A stretch of DNA of 63,995 bases, filler included, from an uncultured Methanosarcinales archaeon (GTDB lineage Archaea > Nanobdellota > Nanobdellia > Woesearchaeales > CAYZNE01), in assembly GCA_964405295.1 (NCBI GenBank). It is 12 parts of 12 records of this genome, joined end to end, with 100 filler letters (N's around TTAATTAATTAA, not from the genome) between each part and the next. Parts side by side here need not be neighbours in the genome. Positions count along the whole stretch, not along the records: positions 17,813 to 23,319 come from CAYONI010000034.1; positions 23,420 to 28,829 come from CAYONI010000035.1; 10 more parts are not named here. The stretch is one strand, 5' to 3'. Made by a program: the position numbers and the translations under genes. Positions 17,813-27,869 of the stretch are shown here, one piece after another (within the stretch, counting starts at the first letter, position 1; each line of letters starts with the position of its first letter). The notes under the pieces are model-generated. The model ran no database searches. It was given only the letters and a program-made list of their open reading frames with translations, and had not been told where the DNA came from.

Positions 17813-20392
17813 TCTAAACTAAGAGCAGAAGATAAAGCTAAGTTTATTAGATTGATTAAAAATATCCAAACTAAAAAACAATTTAAAACTAAATTACCTA
17901 GTGTATTAGATAGGATAGATAGACTTTCTTTATTACAAGAAAAAAGAACTGTTAGAAAAACTATACTTAAAGAACTTAAAACTACTAAACCTAAAAAGAA
18001 AGCAGGTAAACCAACTGGTAAATTTACTCCAGAAATACAAGAAGCATTAAATGTATTAAGAAAATTAACCAGACTATCTACTCCTAAAGCAGAATCATTA
18101 TTAGTTGATAATCTATTAAAACAATCTACTCAAATAGTATCGCCTGCTATGGCTTTTGAAAATAGAATACTTGGTATGCTTACTAATGATGTTAAATCAA
18201 TTCAAGGTCTTTTAGATATGGTTAAAGAATTGAAAGAAAAAGGTAGTTCAGAAGCGTTGTTAAAAGAATTTAATAGACAAACAGAACTCCAAAGAGAAAA
18301 AGAATATCTAGTTGATAGACTTACTAAAGGAGAAGGACTTGCTAAGGGAATAGAGACTACTGGTATTACAAAGAAAAAAGGTAAAGCTAGAATAATCCAA
18401 TTCATTAGAACTCTAGGTAAAACATCTATACTAGATTGGGGTGGTAAAATGGAAACACTCGATATAAATAGTAATGTAGAAAATAGACAACTAAAAGAAA
18501 GATTTAGTACATTAGATCAAGATAATCAATTTAAGAAAGAAACATTAGATGTAATAGATAGCATATCTGATTCTGTTAAAGAAGCTTATGGAGTAACAAA
18601 GAAAACTGACATATATAAAATAATACAAGGTTCAGTTAAAGAAGTTAATCTTGGAACTTTTACTAATGGAAAAGGTAATAAGGTAGAACTTAAAATGGAG
18701 AAAGGTGAATTGATTAAGATGTGGGTTGAAATGCAAGATGAAACTCTTATGGATTCCTTTATAGAAGGAAATGCTTTTACTCCTAAGATGTTTGATGCTG
18801 TTAATAAAGCTATGTCAGAAGCAGATAAAAAGTTCGGACTTAAAGCAATAGAACTATGGCAAGAAGATTATATTAAAACAAATCCAGTATATGCTGATAT
18901 AAATGGAGTAAACCTACCTAATAATCCTAATTATTCTCCTATTAAGAGAAGGGGTTTTCAAGAGAATACTGATTTAGGTTTTGGAGATTTCTTAGATGAA
19001 GCAGTATATAGAATGTCAGTAACAAGTAAATCATTTATCTCTCGTAAAGGAAGTATTTTATCATTAGAAAAACAAAATATATTTAGTACCCTACAAAGTA
19101 GTTTAGTAGAAAAAGCATACTATCGTTCTTGGGTTAAACAAATTCAAAGATTTGATTCTATATTTAAAGATACTAATGTTAGAACAGCTATTAAGCAAGA
19201 GTTCAGTGGATCATTCTTAAATGCTTTAGATTCTAATATAAATATGTTAGCTTCTAATGGTAATAAAATAGCTAGTAGATGGAAGGTAGTAGATTTTCTA
19301 AGAAAAGGATTTACTCTTGGTGTTCTTGGTGGAAAAATATCACTTATGGCTAAACAAATGGTATCTACTCTAGCTTATACTGAAAAGTTAAATCCAATAG
19401 AATTTACTACTGGAGTTGTTAGTTTCTTTAGAAATCCTATTAAAAACTTTAAGACATTACAAAATGAGAGTATTCTAATTAAAACTCGTGGAGCTAATAT
19501 GGAAAGAGATATAAATGATGCTCTTAAATCTGATGTATTTAAACAGTTTTCTAAGAAACAAAGTTTAAAGAATATGCTAATGTTATTTACTAAGATTGGT
19601 GATAAAGGAGCTATTGTAGTAGGTTCTTGGGCTATGAGAAAATCAATGCTTAAAAAGGGAAGAAGTTTAAATGAAACAATAAGAGCTTATGAGAGCTTTA
19701 GTTCAGAAACTCAACAGTCTTCTGATATATCAAGATTATCTAATATTCAATTAGGTGGTTCTTTTGCTAAACTATTTACAATGTTTAAGTCTTCTCAAAG
19801 ACAATATCTACAAAAAGAAGTTAATGCTGTAAAGTCTTTATTATCAGAGGGTGGATTTTCTAAGAAGAATATATTTAGAGTATCTAAAACATTGTTTATA
19901 TACCACGTAATGCTTCCTGTAGCCTTTCAATTTGTAGCTAATCTAGGTGGTTGGAGTGATGAAGATAAAAAAGATTATCTAAGAGCTGGTATTTTAGGTT
20001 CTTTTAATGGTCTATTTATTATAGGTGATTTATTAGATGGAATATTGAGAGCAGCACTTGGATTGAAAAGATGGCCACAAGAGATTCCTATTACATCAAT
20101 AGCAAATGATATAGCAGATGGAGTAGCTAAAATAGACTTTGATGATATAAGTGCTAGTGATTGGAATGAAGCTATAGAAAATTTCTTATCAGCTAGTTCA
20201 GGAGTTGGTATTCCTTATCCTGCTATGAAAAATACTTATGAAGGAATTGTTGATATAAAAGAAAAAGATGTTGCTTCTGGAATTGGAAGATTATTAGGTT
20301 GGTCAGAATATGTTGTCGGATCTGATTCTGGTGGAAAGAAAAAGAAGAAAGTTAAAAAGAAGAAAAAGAAAAAAAAGAAAGTTAGAAAATAA
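17813..20392 (+). CDS. large phage virion/DNA-ejection-type protein, C-terminal part (5' truncated)
   Basis: Frame open from contig start; >850 aa, helical; SETQQS..FTMFKS motif typical of large internal virion proteins; poly-Lys tail. Confidence 0.6.
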   Translation, partial: SKLRAEDKAKFIRLIKNIQTKKQFKTKLPSVLDRIDRLSLLQEKRTVRKTILKELKTTKPKKKAGKPTGKFTPEIQEALNVLRKLTRLSTPKAESLLVDNLLKQSTQIVSPAMAFENRILGMLTNDVKSIQGLLDMVKELKEKGSSEALLKEFNRQTELQREKEYLVDRLTKGEGLAKGIETTGITKKKGKARIIQFIRTLGKTSILDWGGKMETLDINSNVENRQLKERFSTLDQDNQFKKETLDVIDSISDSVKEAYGVTKKTDIYKIIQGSVKEVNLGTFTNGKGNKVELKMEKGELIKMWVEMQDETLMDSFIEGNAFTPKMFDAVNKAMSEADKKFGLKAIELWQEDYIKTNPVYADINGVNLPNNPNYSPIKRRGFQENTDLGFGDFLDEAVYRMSVTSKSFISRKGSILSLEKQNIFSTLQSSLVEKAYYRSWVKQIQRFDSIFKDTNVRTAIKQEFSGSFLNALDSNINMLASNGNKIASRWKVVDFLRKGFTLGVLGGKISLMAKQMVSTLAYTEKLNPIEFTTGVVSFFRNPIKNFKTLQNESILIKTRGANMERDINDALKSDVFKQFSKKQSLKNMLMLFTKIGDKGAIVVGSWAMRKSMLKKGRSLNETIRAYESFSSETQQSSDISRLSNIQLGGSFAKLFTMFKSSQRQYLQKEVNAVKSLLSEGGFSKKNIFRVSKTLFIYHVMLPVAFQFVANLGGWSDEDKKDYLRAGILGSFNGLFIIGDLLDGILRAALGLKRWPQEIPITSIANDIADGVAKIDFDDISASDWNEAIENFLSASSGVGIPYPAMKNTYEGIVDIKEKDVASGIGRLLGWSEYVVGSDSGGKKKKKVKKKKKKKKKVRK

Positions 20393-20745
20393 CTTGACAG
20401 ATTTTTCTATTAGGAGTAATATAGAATTTAATTAAATAATAAAAAAAATATATGTTATTAGTAATTATATTTATGATTCTAGTAATCGCTAAGGCTCTTT
20501 AAACAAGCTATCCTGATACTATTGCTTAAAAACACTTGACATAGAAAACTACCTATGCTAATATATTTAGTATAAGTGTATAAGTAAATTTTAAAAACAA
20601 TATGACTAAAAAACGAACACAATTTAATAGACAGTTTAAATCATTAGACAAAAGTGAACTGCCTTTTTTAGTTTTCATAGGTTGCGTGTTCGTTGCCTTG
20701 TCAAACTTTAAAGGTGGTTCTTTTTTGTTTAACTAAAATAACATT

Positions 20746-21012
20746 ATGAATTTAAAAGAACAACGACAAGAATTTTATAAGTTTCTAGCAGAACTATTAA
20801 AAGTAAAAATACCTGATGATAAAGTTGGATATATTTCAGATGCTTTAAAAGATTATGCTAAATCTAGTAATGAGAAATATAAAGAAAAAGTTGAGATACT
20901 AGAAAATAAGATTGAAAAGATGAAAACATCTCAACCACCAAAAGTAATTAAAAAACAAATAATTCAAAAAGAAAGACCAAGCACAATTCGTGTATGGACA
21001 CCTACTAAATAA
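20746..21012 (+). CDS. hypothetical coiled-coil phage protein
   Basis: 88-aa ORF upstream of the initiator gene. Confidence 0.55.
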   Translation: MNLKEQRQEFYKFLAELLKVKIPDDKVGYISDALKDYAKSSNEKYKEKVEILENKIEKMKTSQPPKVIKKQIIQKERPSTIRVWTPTK

Positions 21013-21016
21013 AAAT

Positions 21017-21754
21017 ATGGCATCACCACAAGTTGAAAATGGATTTACAAGAATAGCTAATGAATTATTAGAGGAACTTTTAAAGTATAAGTTTCCTAAG
21101 AATACGAGCATAGCTCCATTATCTATTTGTCTTTTTGTTATGAGGAAAACTTATGGCTATCGAAAGATCAAAGATAGAATATCACTTAGTCAATTTGAAT
21201 TAGGCTTAAATATCTCAAGACCTACTATTGTTCATTGGTTAGAGTATCTAGTTAAAGCCAAGCTACTAGTTAAAGCCATTAAACCACTAGGGTCAGAATA
21301 TAGCTTTAATAAAGACTATCACCAATGGATACCACTAGTTAAAGCCATTGAACTAGTTAAAGCCAGAAAGTTTGCTAGTAAAAGCCCTTTAACCGATATT
21401 GGTAAAGTGGCTTTAACACACAAAAGAAAAAAGAAATTAACAAAAGAAATACTGCAATCTAAAGATTGCGAGATATTTTCCTCTAAGGAGTATATAAAAT
21501 CCCTTATAGGTAATAAAAGAAGAGATACTCACATTATAGGGTTATTCTTTAAACACAAAGAAACAGAGTTTGATAACAAGGAACAAGCTAACTCTCAGCT
21601 TAAACGACATTTAAGACCTGCTAGAGACTTAAAGGGATATTCCGACGAACAGATACTAGCCACTTTTGAAGGAGTAGATAAAGAAAGTAAATGTGATAAA
21701 GAATATATATGGACATTAGAAACAATATTAAAAAGAATACAATATTATAAATAA
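21017..21754 (+). CDS. phage replication initiator, lambda O-like N-terminus
   Basis: MASPQVENGFTRIANELLE..VMRKTYGY..DRISLSQF..FNKDY; internal iterons. Confidence 0.88.
   Translation: MASPQVENGFTRIANELLEELLKYKFPKNTSIAPLSICLFVMRKTYGYRKIKDRISLSQFELGLNISRPTIVHWLEYLVKAKLLVKAIKPLGSEYSFNKDYHQWIPLVKAIELVKARKFASKSPLTDIGKVALTHKRKKKLTKEILQSKDCEIFSSKEYIKSLIGNKRRDTHIIGLFFKHKETEFDNKEQANSQLKRHLRPARDLKGYSDEQILATFEGVDKESKCDKEYIWTLETILKRIQYYK
21248..21417. repeat. iterons / probable replication origin within the initiator gene
   Basis: CTAGTTAAAGCCA at 21248, 21266, 21335 and 21353; variant at 21375; inverted partial copy at 21408-21417. Confidence 0.8.
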
Positions 21755-21765
21755 AACAAAAATAT

Positions 21766-22602
21766 ATGAGTCTTGTCAACGACAAATTTGAAGAAAAGTT
21801 ATTAGAAGATACTTTCTCTAGTAAAAATAGAGGTGAAGATATAATGACTAGAATCCAAGATATAGAGTTTAAAGAACTAATAGCAGGAATGCCAACTGGA
21901 CTTAAAACTTTAGATGATATGTTTATGGGAGGTTTTAGAGATGGACAGCTAGTAATCATCTCAGGAGTTTCTGGTTATGGTAAAACTGCTCTCAGCATTC
22001 AGATGACTAGCAACTATTCTAAGCAGGCAATTCCAGTAGCTTGGTTTAGTTATGAAATGTCAGTAAATGAACTACAATGGAAGTTTAAAGAAATGGGTGG
22101 CTATGATGATCTACTTTGTTATGTTCCTAAAAAACATACATCAGACAATGTTAAATGGCTAGAAGATAAGATAGTTCAATCAGTAAAATATTTTAGCACT
22201 AAGGTAATATTTATAGATAACTTAGATTTTCTAACAGTAGATGTTAGAAGTGGTGATGATAAACTTACTATGCAAAAGAGAATAATAGGAATGTTAAAGA
22301 GAATCGCCATTGATTATAATGTGGTGGTTTTTTTAAATGCTCATATTACTAAAATAGAAGAAGGTAAAGAACCTAGAATGCAAAATGTCTATGGAGCTAG
22401 TGAAACTTATAAACTAGCAGACGCTATTATATTTATTCATAGACTAAAGGAAAAAGTCGGTAGAGGAGAGCAAGAATTAAAGTTTACAAACGAGAGCAAG
22501 ATCATAGTTGATAAAAATAGACTTACAGGAAAGCTCGGACAATTCAAAGTATTATTTAAAGATAATAAGTTTAGTTTAATAGATAATACTCATAAAGAAT
22601 AA
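21766..22602 (+). CDS. DnaB-like helicase (C-terminal RecA domain only)
   Basis: TGLKTLDD, SGVSGYGKT, FSYEMS, IFIDNL, IVDKNR..G. Confidence 0.88.
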   Translation: MSLVNDKFEEKLLEDTFSSKNRGEDIMTRIQDIEFKELIAGMPTGLKTLDDMFMGGFRDGQLVIISGVSGYGKTALSIQMTSNYSKQAIPVAWFSYEMSVNELQWKFKEMGGYDDLLCYVPKKHTSDNVKWLEDKIVQSVKYFSTKVIFIDNLDFLTVDVRSGDDKLTMQKRIIGMLKRIAIDYNVVVFLNAHITKIEEGKEPRMQNVYGASETYKLADAIIFIHRLKEKVGRGEQELKFTNESKIIVDKNRLTGKLGQFKVLFKDNKFSLIDNTHKE

Positions 22603-22606
22603 ATAT

Positions 22607-22810
22607 ATGAAATTACATAAACAAAAAGCTTTTGCCATAATGTGTTTAGTAAGAGGTCGTTCTTGGGGATTTACTTGTGGAGAAGATAGTTATTATCATA
22701 TATCTTATGATGGATTCAAATTGGAGCAAAGAATGTATGAGCTTAAAGGAAAACATCCAAATAATTTATATAAAATAGTAAGTATAGAAATTAAAGAAAC
22801 ATTAAAATAA
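22607..22810 (+). CDS. hypothetical phage protein
   Basis: 67-aa ORF tightly packed in the operon. Confidence 0.5.
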   Translation: MKLHKQKAFAIMCLVRGRSWGFTCGEDSYYHISYDGFKLEQRMYELKGKHPNNLYKIVSIEIKETLK

Positions 22811-23251
22811 ATGCTTAAAACAACTAAAAACTTAGTAAATCTTTATAGGAAAGAAGCTAAAGAGCTATTAAAGAAATTAAAAGAGATAGAGGACAGATAT
22901 GAAATATATAAAGATGGAACTGTCTTAAACTATTGGACTGGTAAATTTGTAAAGTTTTCAAAAGATTCTAAAGGATATATGAAAGCAAGATTACATTCTC
23001 CAAAGCTATCTAAGAATAAAGATAAAAGAATACCTTATAGACTACATAGAGTAATAGCAATGAAGTTTTTAAAAGATTTTTCAGATGATTTACAAGTCAA
23101 TCATATAAACGGTATTAAAGATGATAATAGAATTGAAAATTTAGAGATGGTAACCAATGCACAGAATGCTAAACACGGTTGGGCTTTACCACAGAATAAG
23201 AATAGAATTAATAAATTAAAGAGAGATGAATATGGAAGATTTACAAACTAA
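22811..23251 (+). CDS. HNH endonuclease
   Basis: LHRVIAMKF..QVNHINGIKDDNRIENLEMVTNAQN. Confidence 0.88.
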   Translation: MLKTTKNLVNLYRKEAKELLKKLKEIEDRYEIYKDGTVLNYWTGKFVKFSKDSKGYMKARLHSPKLSKNKDKRIPYRLHRVIAMKFLKDFSDDLQVNHINGIKDDNRIENLEMVTNAQNAKHGWALPQNKNRINKLKRDEYGRFTN

Positions 23252-23419
23252 AACCATTCTGGGGGATTGCCTTGATGTGATGAAAACACTTGAAACAAAT
23301 AGTGTTGATTCAATCGTAANNNNNNNNNNNNNNNNNNNNNNNNNNNNNNNNNNNNNNNNNNNNTTAATTAATTAANNNNNNNNNNNNNNNNNNNNNNNNN
23401 NNNNNNNNNNNNNNNNNNN

Positions 23420-24633
23420 TCATTCTGGTGATCAAATCCAGTTATCTTATCGGGTTCTCCGTTCTTATCATACGCCTGCTGTTCGAGACATTTAACAGTG
23501 TGAGGACAAGCCGAAGCATTAATGTGCAACCACATATCTTCAAATGCTTTATTTGTCGCATTTACACGGTCCTTGACCGAAGGGTTTGTAGATTTCACCC
23601 GAATCTCAAACCCTGCATTGCGAAGTAGCGAAATATCAGTTTTGTTCGCCCCAACTGATTTTCTTGAATCCCCGGAAGCGTCCGGATAAACAATAATCCT
23701 GTGTTTTCTATTTTTCTTGCGGTATCTTTCCTCAAGTATATGGATCATTGCTGGTGTGTCTAGGACATCATAAATTTCGGATATTGCGTGAAACCCATTT
23801 GACCGTTGCACATAAATGGTCGCAGCCATATGTTGTATATTAAAATCCATACCAATGAACAGTGGCTCTTTTTCATATGTTTTTTCTTTACTATTGTGTG
23901 TTTTGCGGTTAAATGTCCTATAAACAGTCCCTGATGTCAGGTTCACGAATTGCCCGTTTAAATATGCATCAATCAATTCCGCTGGATATGCCTCAATAAG
24001 CGATGGTATATAATCATCAGGTAAATTGATTGCATTGTCTAAAGTGCTGGCCTGAATCATACCGTAATTATTATACAATTCAGGTTTCGCCTGTGGGTTT
24101 GAAACAAATAATTTATGGACAAACTTGAAACCTTCTGGTGTTGTGGTAACATCAATCCCATTTTTAATATTATCGATGTTGTATCGCATCCGAGCGATGA
24201 TTTTACGCCATGACATTTGTGCCTTGTCTGTTGGTAAAATATCAAGTTCATCAATAAGTGCATGACCGATCTTAAAACCAATTATAGTGTGTGGTCTTTC
24301 CAATGACCTACAAATGCAAACACCACGACATGTCCGGCCTTCATAAAAGAAAACCTCTTTATTTACTTCTTTAATTTCAACTGACATCCCCATCTTTTCA
24401 GCTACTTCTTCAATAGTAGGAAAAAAAATATCGCGGATATGTGGATAAGAGGGAGCAAAATAACCTTGATTAATCCCTGGGAATTGCCAAAAGTGTTGGC
24501 AAATTGCAATTGATCCAGTGTATGTTTTAGAAGACCCATAACCCCCGACAAAGGCTCTAAATTTCTTACATAATCGCAAAAAATCAGCCTGCGGTCGTAT
24601 AATTTTAACCGGTTGTGGCTTTTCGGCCATCAA
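23420..24633 (-). CDS. terL: phage terminase large subunit (3' truncated)
   Basis: GGYGSSKT Walker A, ALIDELD Walker B, TTTPEG, IGMDFN nuclease motif, YPDASG. Confidence 0.93.
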
Positions 24634-24961
24634 TAACCTCGAACTTAAATTCTATAGATTTTACATCTGAATCAGATTCACTGGTACGTGGTTTTTCAGA
24701 ATAACCCCTGACTTTTCCCCGGCACTTTAAGAAAAAACATATAGCCCAAGGTTCTCGGTCCCAAATGGCAGAAATGAGTTGTGATTCTGCTAAGTCGAGA
24801 TGTTCTTCTTGAATGTCAGCGAGTGCTACTTGAAGTTTTTTATTTCTTTTTATTCGCCCACTTAAAGCTGCCGGGGATATTTTTAATCCCCTGGCAGCCT
24901 GTGACTGAAAACCACCACTTGCCTCCAACGCTCTTATGATTTGTTTTTCTGTAGTAGCCAT
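24605..24961 (-). CDS. phage terminase small subunit-like HTH protein
   Basis: IIRALEASGG..AARGLKIS HTH; LDLAESQL..AICFFLKCRGKVRGY; directly upstream of terL. Confidence 0.75.
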   Translation of the reverse strand: MATTEKQIIRALEASGGFQSQAARGLKISPAALSGRIKRNKKLQVALADIQEEHLDLAESQLISAIWDREPWAICFFLKCRGKVRGYSEKPRTSESDSDVKSIEFKFEVIDGRKATTG

Positions 24962-25069
24962 AGTTTTTTTTCTTTTAATTTTTTTAACGTTATAAATTGG
25001 GTCTAATTCCAAAATCATTTTTATTATAGCACAAAAGATCACCCCTTGTCAATATGTGTTTTGCAACAC

Positions 25070-25460
25070 TATATTATGTAGTGATTTATATTTTTTATTC
25101 ATAACTACACACCCCCCTTGATAAATTACCCATTGAACTACCACAAAACCCTTTCATAACGGGAGCTTTCTTTTTTTAGAAGAAGACAAGATGAAGTCGT
25201 TAAAGACAGTGTGTAGTGATTACAGCAACTTAATATCACTACGTTCTGAAACCCCGTCCTTAAATGTGTAGTGGCTCTATGTAGTGATGTAGTGGTTTCT
25301 GAGAAAATGTTGTCTGTAATGAACGCTTTTCGTCTTCTTCTAAAAAAAGAGGGATTACAGATGTAGTGCCAAATATAAAGGTGTTTTAAGGACGGGGTTT
25401 TTCGGACATAAGAGTGTAGTATATAAATATCACTACAAGATACTTACAAGATCACTACAG
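25070..25460. repeat. non-coding repeat complex (two inverted-repeat pairs plus ~10 TGTAGTG motifs); candidate pac/cos or origin
   Basis: 19-bp IR 25169-25187/25332-25350; 16-bp IR 25249-25264/25385-25400. Confidence 0.65.
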
Positions 25461-25864
25461 GAATTACGGGATTTTGAAGGGGTGGAGATGCCCCTGAAAG
25501 GGTGCATCTCCTCTTGCCGGGGAGTAACAAACACAAGCAGCCAACCAAAATAATGAAAAAAGATGAAACATAATGTCTGCCAACCAAAAATAATAAAAAA
25601 GATGAACCACAATTTCAGGTTCATCTTACCACAATTTTCATTCCTTGTCAATAATTCTTTGTCATATCTTCCTTAATGTGATTCTTTGCGTCATTTTAAT
25701 AATTCCTTATTGATATGTTTCAATTGTTAATACCATTTGGTCGTTTATAAATTTTTCATGGCATTCAATTTTATCTGTAATTAAAACACGCAAAGAATCT
25801 AATAAATTGACTTCTTCATTCGTTTCAGATTCAAAAGTAAGACTATGCCAATTACTTTTTGCTT

Positions 25865-26614
25865 TCATATCTCAATACCTTTCTTTTGTGTTTCGGGCAT
25901 CCACTCTATGAACTGTGCTCGTGTTGGTGGATCCGACATCCACGATGTGTCGGGCTCCGAAATATCAAAGCACTCCCTCACTGTAAGAAGCTTCGGAATG
26001 TGCACGATCATTGGTCTTCCCTTACCGCTCAACCACTGAATACTCTTTCTCCTGATGATCTCCTGTGTAAGGTACCATGGCTGGACGACATCATCATAGA
26101 GATATGCAAGGACGGCCTTCGTTTCCCCTCTCTTCCACAGGGAAGGAGCCATCGCCCCTGACATATTATCCAGAATGGTGCCATCCGAAAGAGTGACATT
26201 CTTTCTTTTCCCTGAATCTATCATATAGTTCAAGACCTTTTCGAGTCCAAGGTACCATCCTTTTGTAAAAGTTACCAGTAGCATCAAATCCACATGGTTT
26301 AGTGCTATCTTTGCACACTCGTCGTACATGCTGGACTCCTGGGCCAGCACACGAAAGTCGAACCCGGCTCCGTTCCATGTTACGATAGTCCAGCCCTGTT
26401 GCACCTGCCGTATAAGGTCATGGACGATCACCCCCGCTTCTTCTTTGGAAAGCTTCGGCCAGCCGAACCAATAATCGACAAAGGGTTTCTCTATTTCTGG
26501 TTTGGTTAGTGCTGCAGCTGCGCAGGTTATGCCAAGCGGTGCGAGCGAAAAAAAGTCGTCCGTCCCGTCCGGTATCTCTTTTTCGATCTCTAAATCAAAC
26601 GATAAAATTTTCAT
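25865..26614 (-). CDS. DEDD 3'-5' exonuclease (RNase H-like)
   Basis: SFDLEI, VTWNGAGFDF, HVDLM, YLYDDV. Confidence 0.8.
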   Translation of the reverse strand: MKILSFDLEIEKEIPDGTDDFFSLAPLGITCAAAALTKPEIEKPFVDYWFGWPKLSKEEAGVIVHDLIRQVQQGWTIVTWNGAGFDFRVLAQESSMYDECAKIALNHVDLMLLVTFTKGWYLGLEKVLNYMIDSGKRKNVTLSDGTILDNMSGAMAPSLWKRGETKAVLAYLYDDVVQPWYLTQEIIRRKSIQWLSGKGRPMIVHIPKLLTVRECFDISEPDTSWMSDPPTRAQFIEWMPETQKKGIEI

Positions 26615-26805
26615 TTATAAAAACTCCTTTCCTCTTCTGACAGGTATTTGCTGAAAATGAAATGTTGAATTGTTGATTCGTGGTATGTTTTTATACCATT
26701 GTTGACCCTGATGTAAACTTCATGTGTTTGGTCTGACCATGATTTTACGATTACACCAATGCTGTCACCATCAACAACTACAATATTGCCAAAGTTAAAT
26801 TTCAT
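26611..26805 (-). CDS. small SH3/KOW-like phage protein
   Basis: FNFGNIVVV..IGVIVKSW; GGAGG RBS; overlaps the next gene. Confidence 0.6.
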   Translation of the reverse strand: MKFNFGNIVVVDGDSIGVIVKSWSDQTHEVYIRVNNGIKTYHESTIQHFIFSKYLSEEERSFYK

Positions 26806-26976
26806 TGTTTGCCCTCCATTAAAATCATTCTCTTTCTCCTTTGTAATAACCCCAATACAGATTTGAGCCCCGAGCTATTGTGCTCGGGGCTCTTTGTTGA
26901 AGCGAGAAGCAGGGTTTGATATCTACAATCGGTCTGGTCAGAACCGGCAGATTTGAGCCCCGAGTATAAGTTCACC

Positions 26977-27777
26977 CTAAGCGGCCATCTTCATGTTCGC
27001 CATCTCTTCGGTCAACTCCCAAAGGTTCTGGTTGAACTTCAAATCCTGTTTGACGGAGTTGATACCCCGTGTTTTGATAGGATTGCCAGGTTGACGGTTG
27101 TTAGACAGGTACTTGGCACCTTGTGTGATTTTCTCCTGTACGGTATTGTATGTGCTCCATAGTGATGAATTGCTGTCAGCTTCCCGGATGGGAATCAACA
27201 AAGGTTCTGCGAGAACTCTACCTTCCATCACGGCGTCCTGACCATGGCGCATTGCCAGCGCCTCTTCTGCAAAACCTATGCGGTCCTTGTCGGAGAGCTG
27301 AATTTGCTGGAACTGCTCCACTCGCTTGATGATCCTCGGAAATGTGTCACCAATGTGCTCTATGGCTTCGTGGATATCCCGGCTATTGTACTCCAAATGT
27401 TTTATCCGGATTGATGCGAAGAGACTTTCGGCTACAACCAGCCCATTCGAGCAGACTAACCGGTTGAATGCTGCCGTCAGCCAGAAGCTCGACGACCCAT
27501 CATGTGCGTTCAGAAGAACAATCTCCGGAATTATCCCACCCACTTTAATGGCAACCGCATTCTGGCTCGTATGCCTGAAGCGGACCGAATGCTTTTGGAA
27601 GCCCCGGCGATGGTCAACCTTGGTCTTCGACTCTCTCACCGAACTAACCATCCAATTTTTCTCTGCGAATGTCTTAATAGCGGTGGTGGTTGGAATGAAT
27701 CGGTATTTGTCACTTACTCGATTTGCCGGTGCGTTTGCGGTGACGCTCTCATAGTTTGTAAGATCGATAGTTCTCAT
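26977..27777 (-). CDS. DUF932 family protein
   Basis: VSDKYRFIPT, FQKHSVRFR, PEIVLLNAHDGSSSF, RLVCSNGLV, LWSTYNTVQE. Confidence 0.88.
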   Translation of the reverse strand: MRTIDLTNYESVTANAPANRVSDKYRFIPTTTAIKTFAEKNWMVSSVRESKTKVDHRRGFQKHSVRFRHTSQNAVAIKVGGIIPEIVLLNAHDGSSSFWLTAAFNRLVCSNGLVVAESLFASIRIKHLEYNSRDIHEAIEHIGDTFPRIIKRVEQFQQIQLSDKDRIGFAEEALAMRHGQDAVMEGRVLAEPLLIPIREADSNSSLWSTYNTVQEKITQGAKYLSNNRQPGNPIKTRGINSVKQDLKFNQNLWELTEEMANMKMAA

Positions 27778-27812
27778 GGTTTGTTCTCCTTTCTTGAGGT
27801 TAGTTTAAGCTA

Positions 27813-27867
27813 TCTCATCAGTGCTGGGAGCTTATCTCCAACAAACCCCGGCGAACCGGGGTTTCGA
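27813..27867 (-). ncRNA. hammerhead ribozyme (type II topology)
   Basis: Minus strand UC-GAAA-CCCCGG(UUCG)CCGGGG-UU-UGUUGGAG(AUAAG)CUCCCAGCA-CUGAUGA-GA: complete core, stems I and III, GUU cleavage triplet. Confidence 0.75.
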
Positions 27868-27869
27868 AT

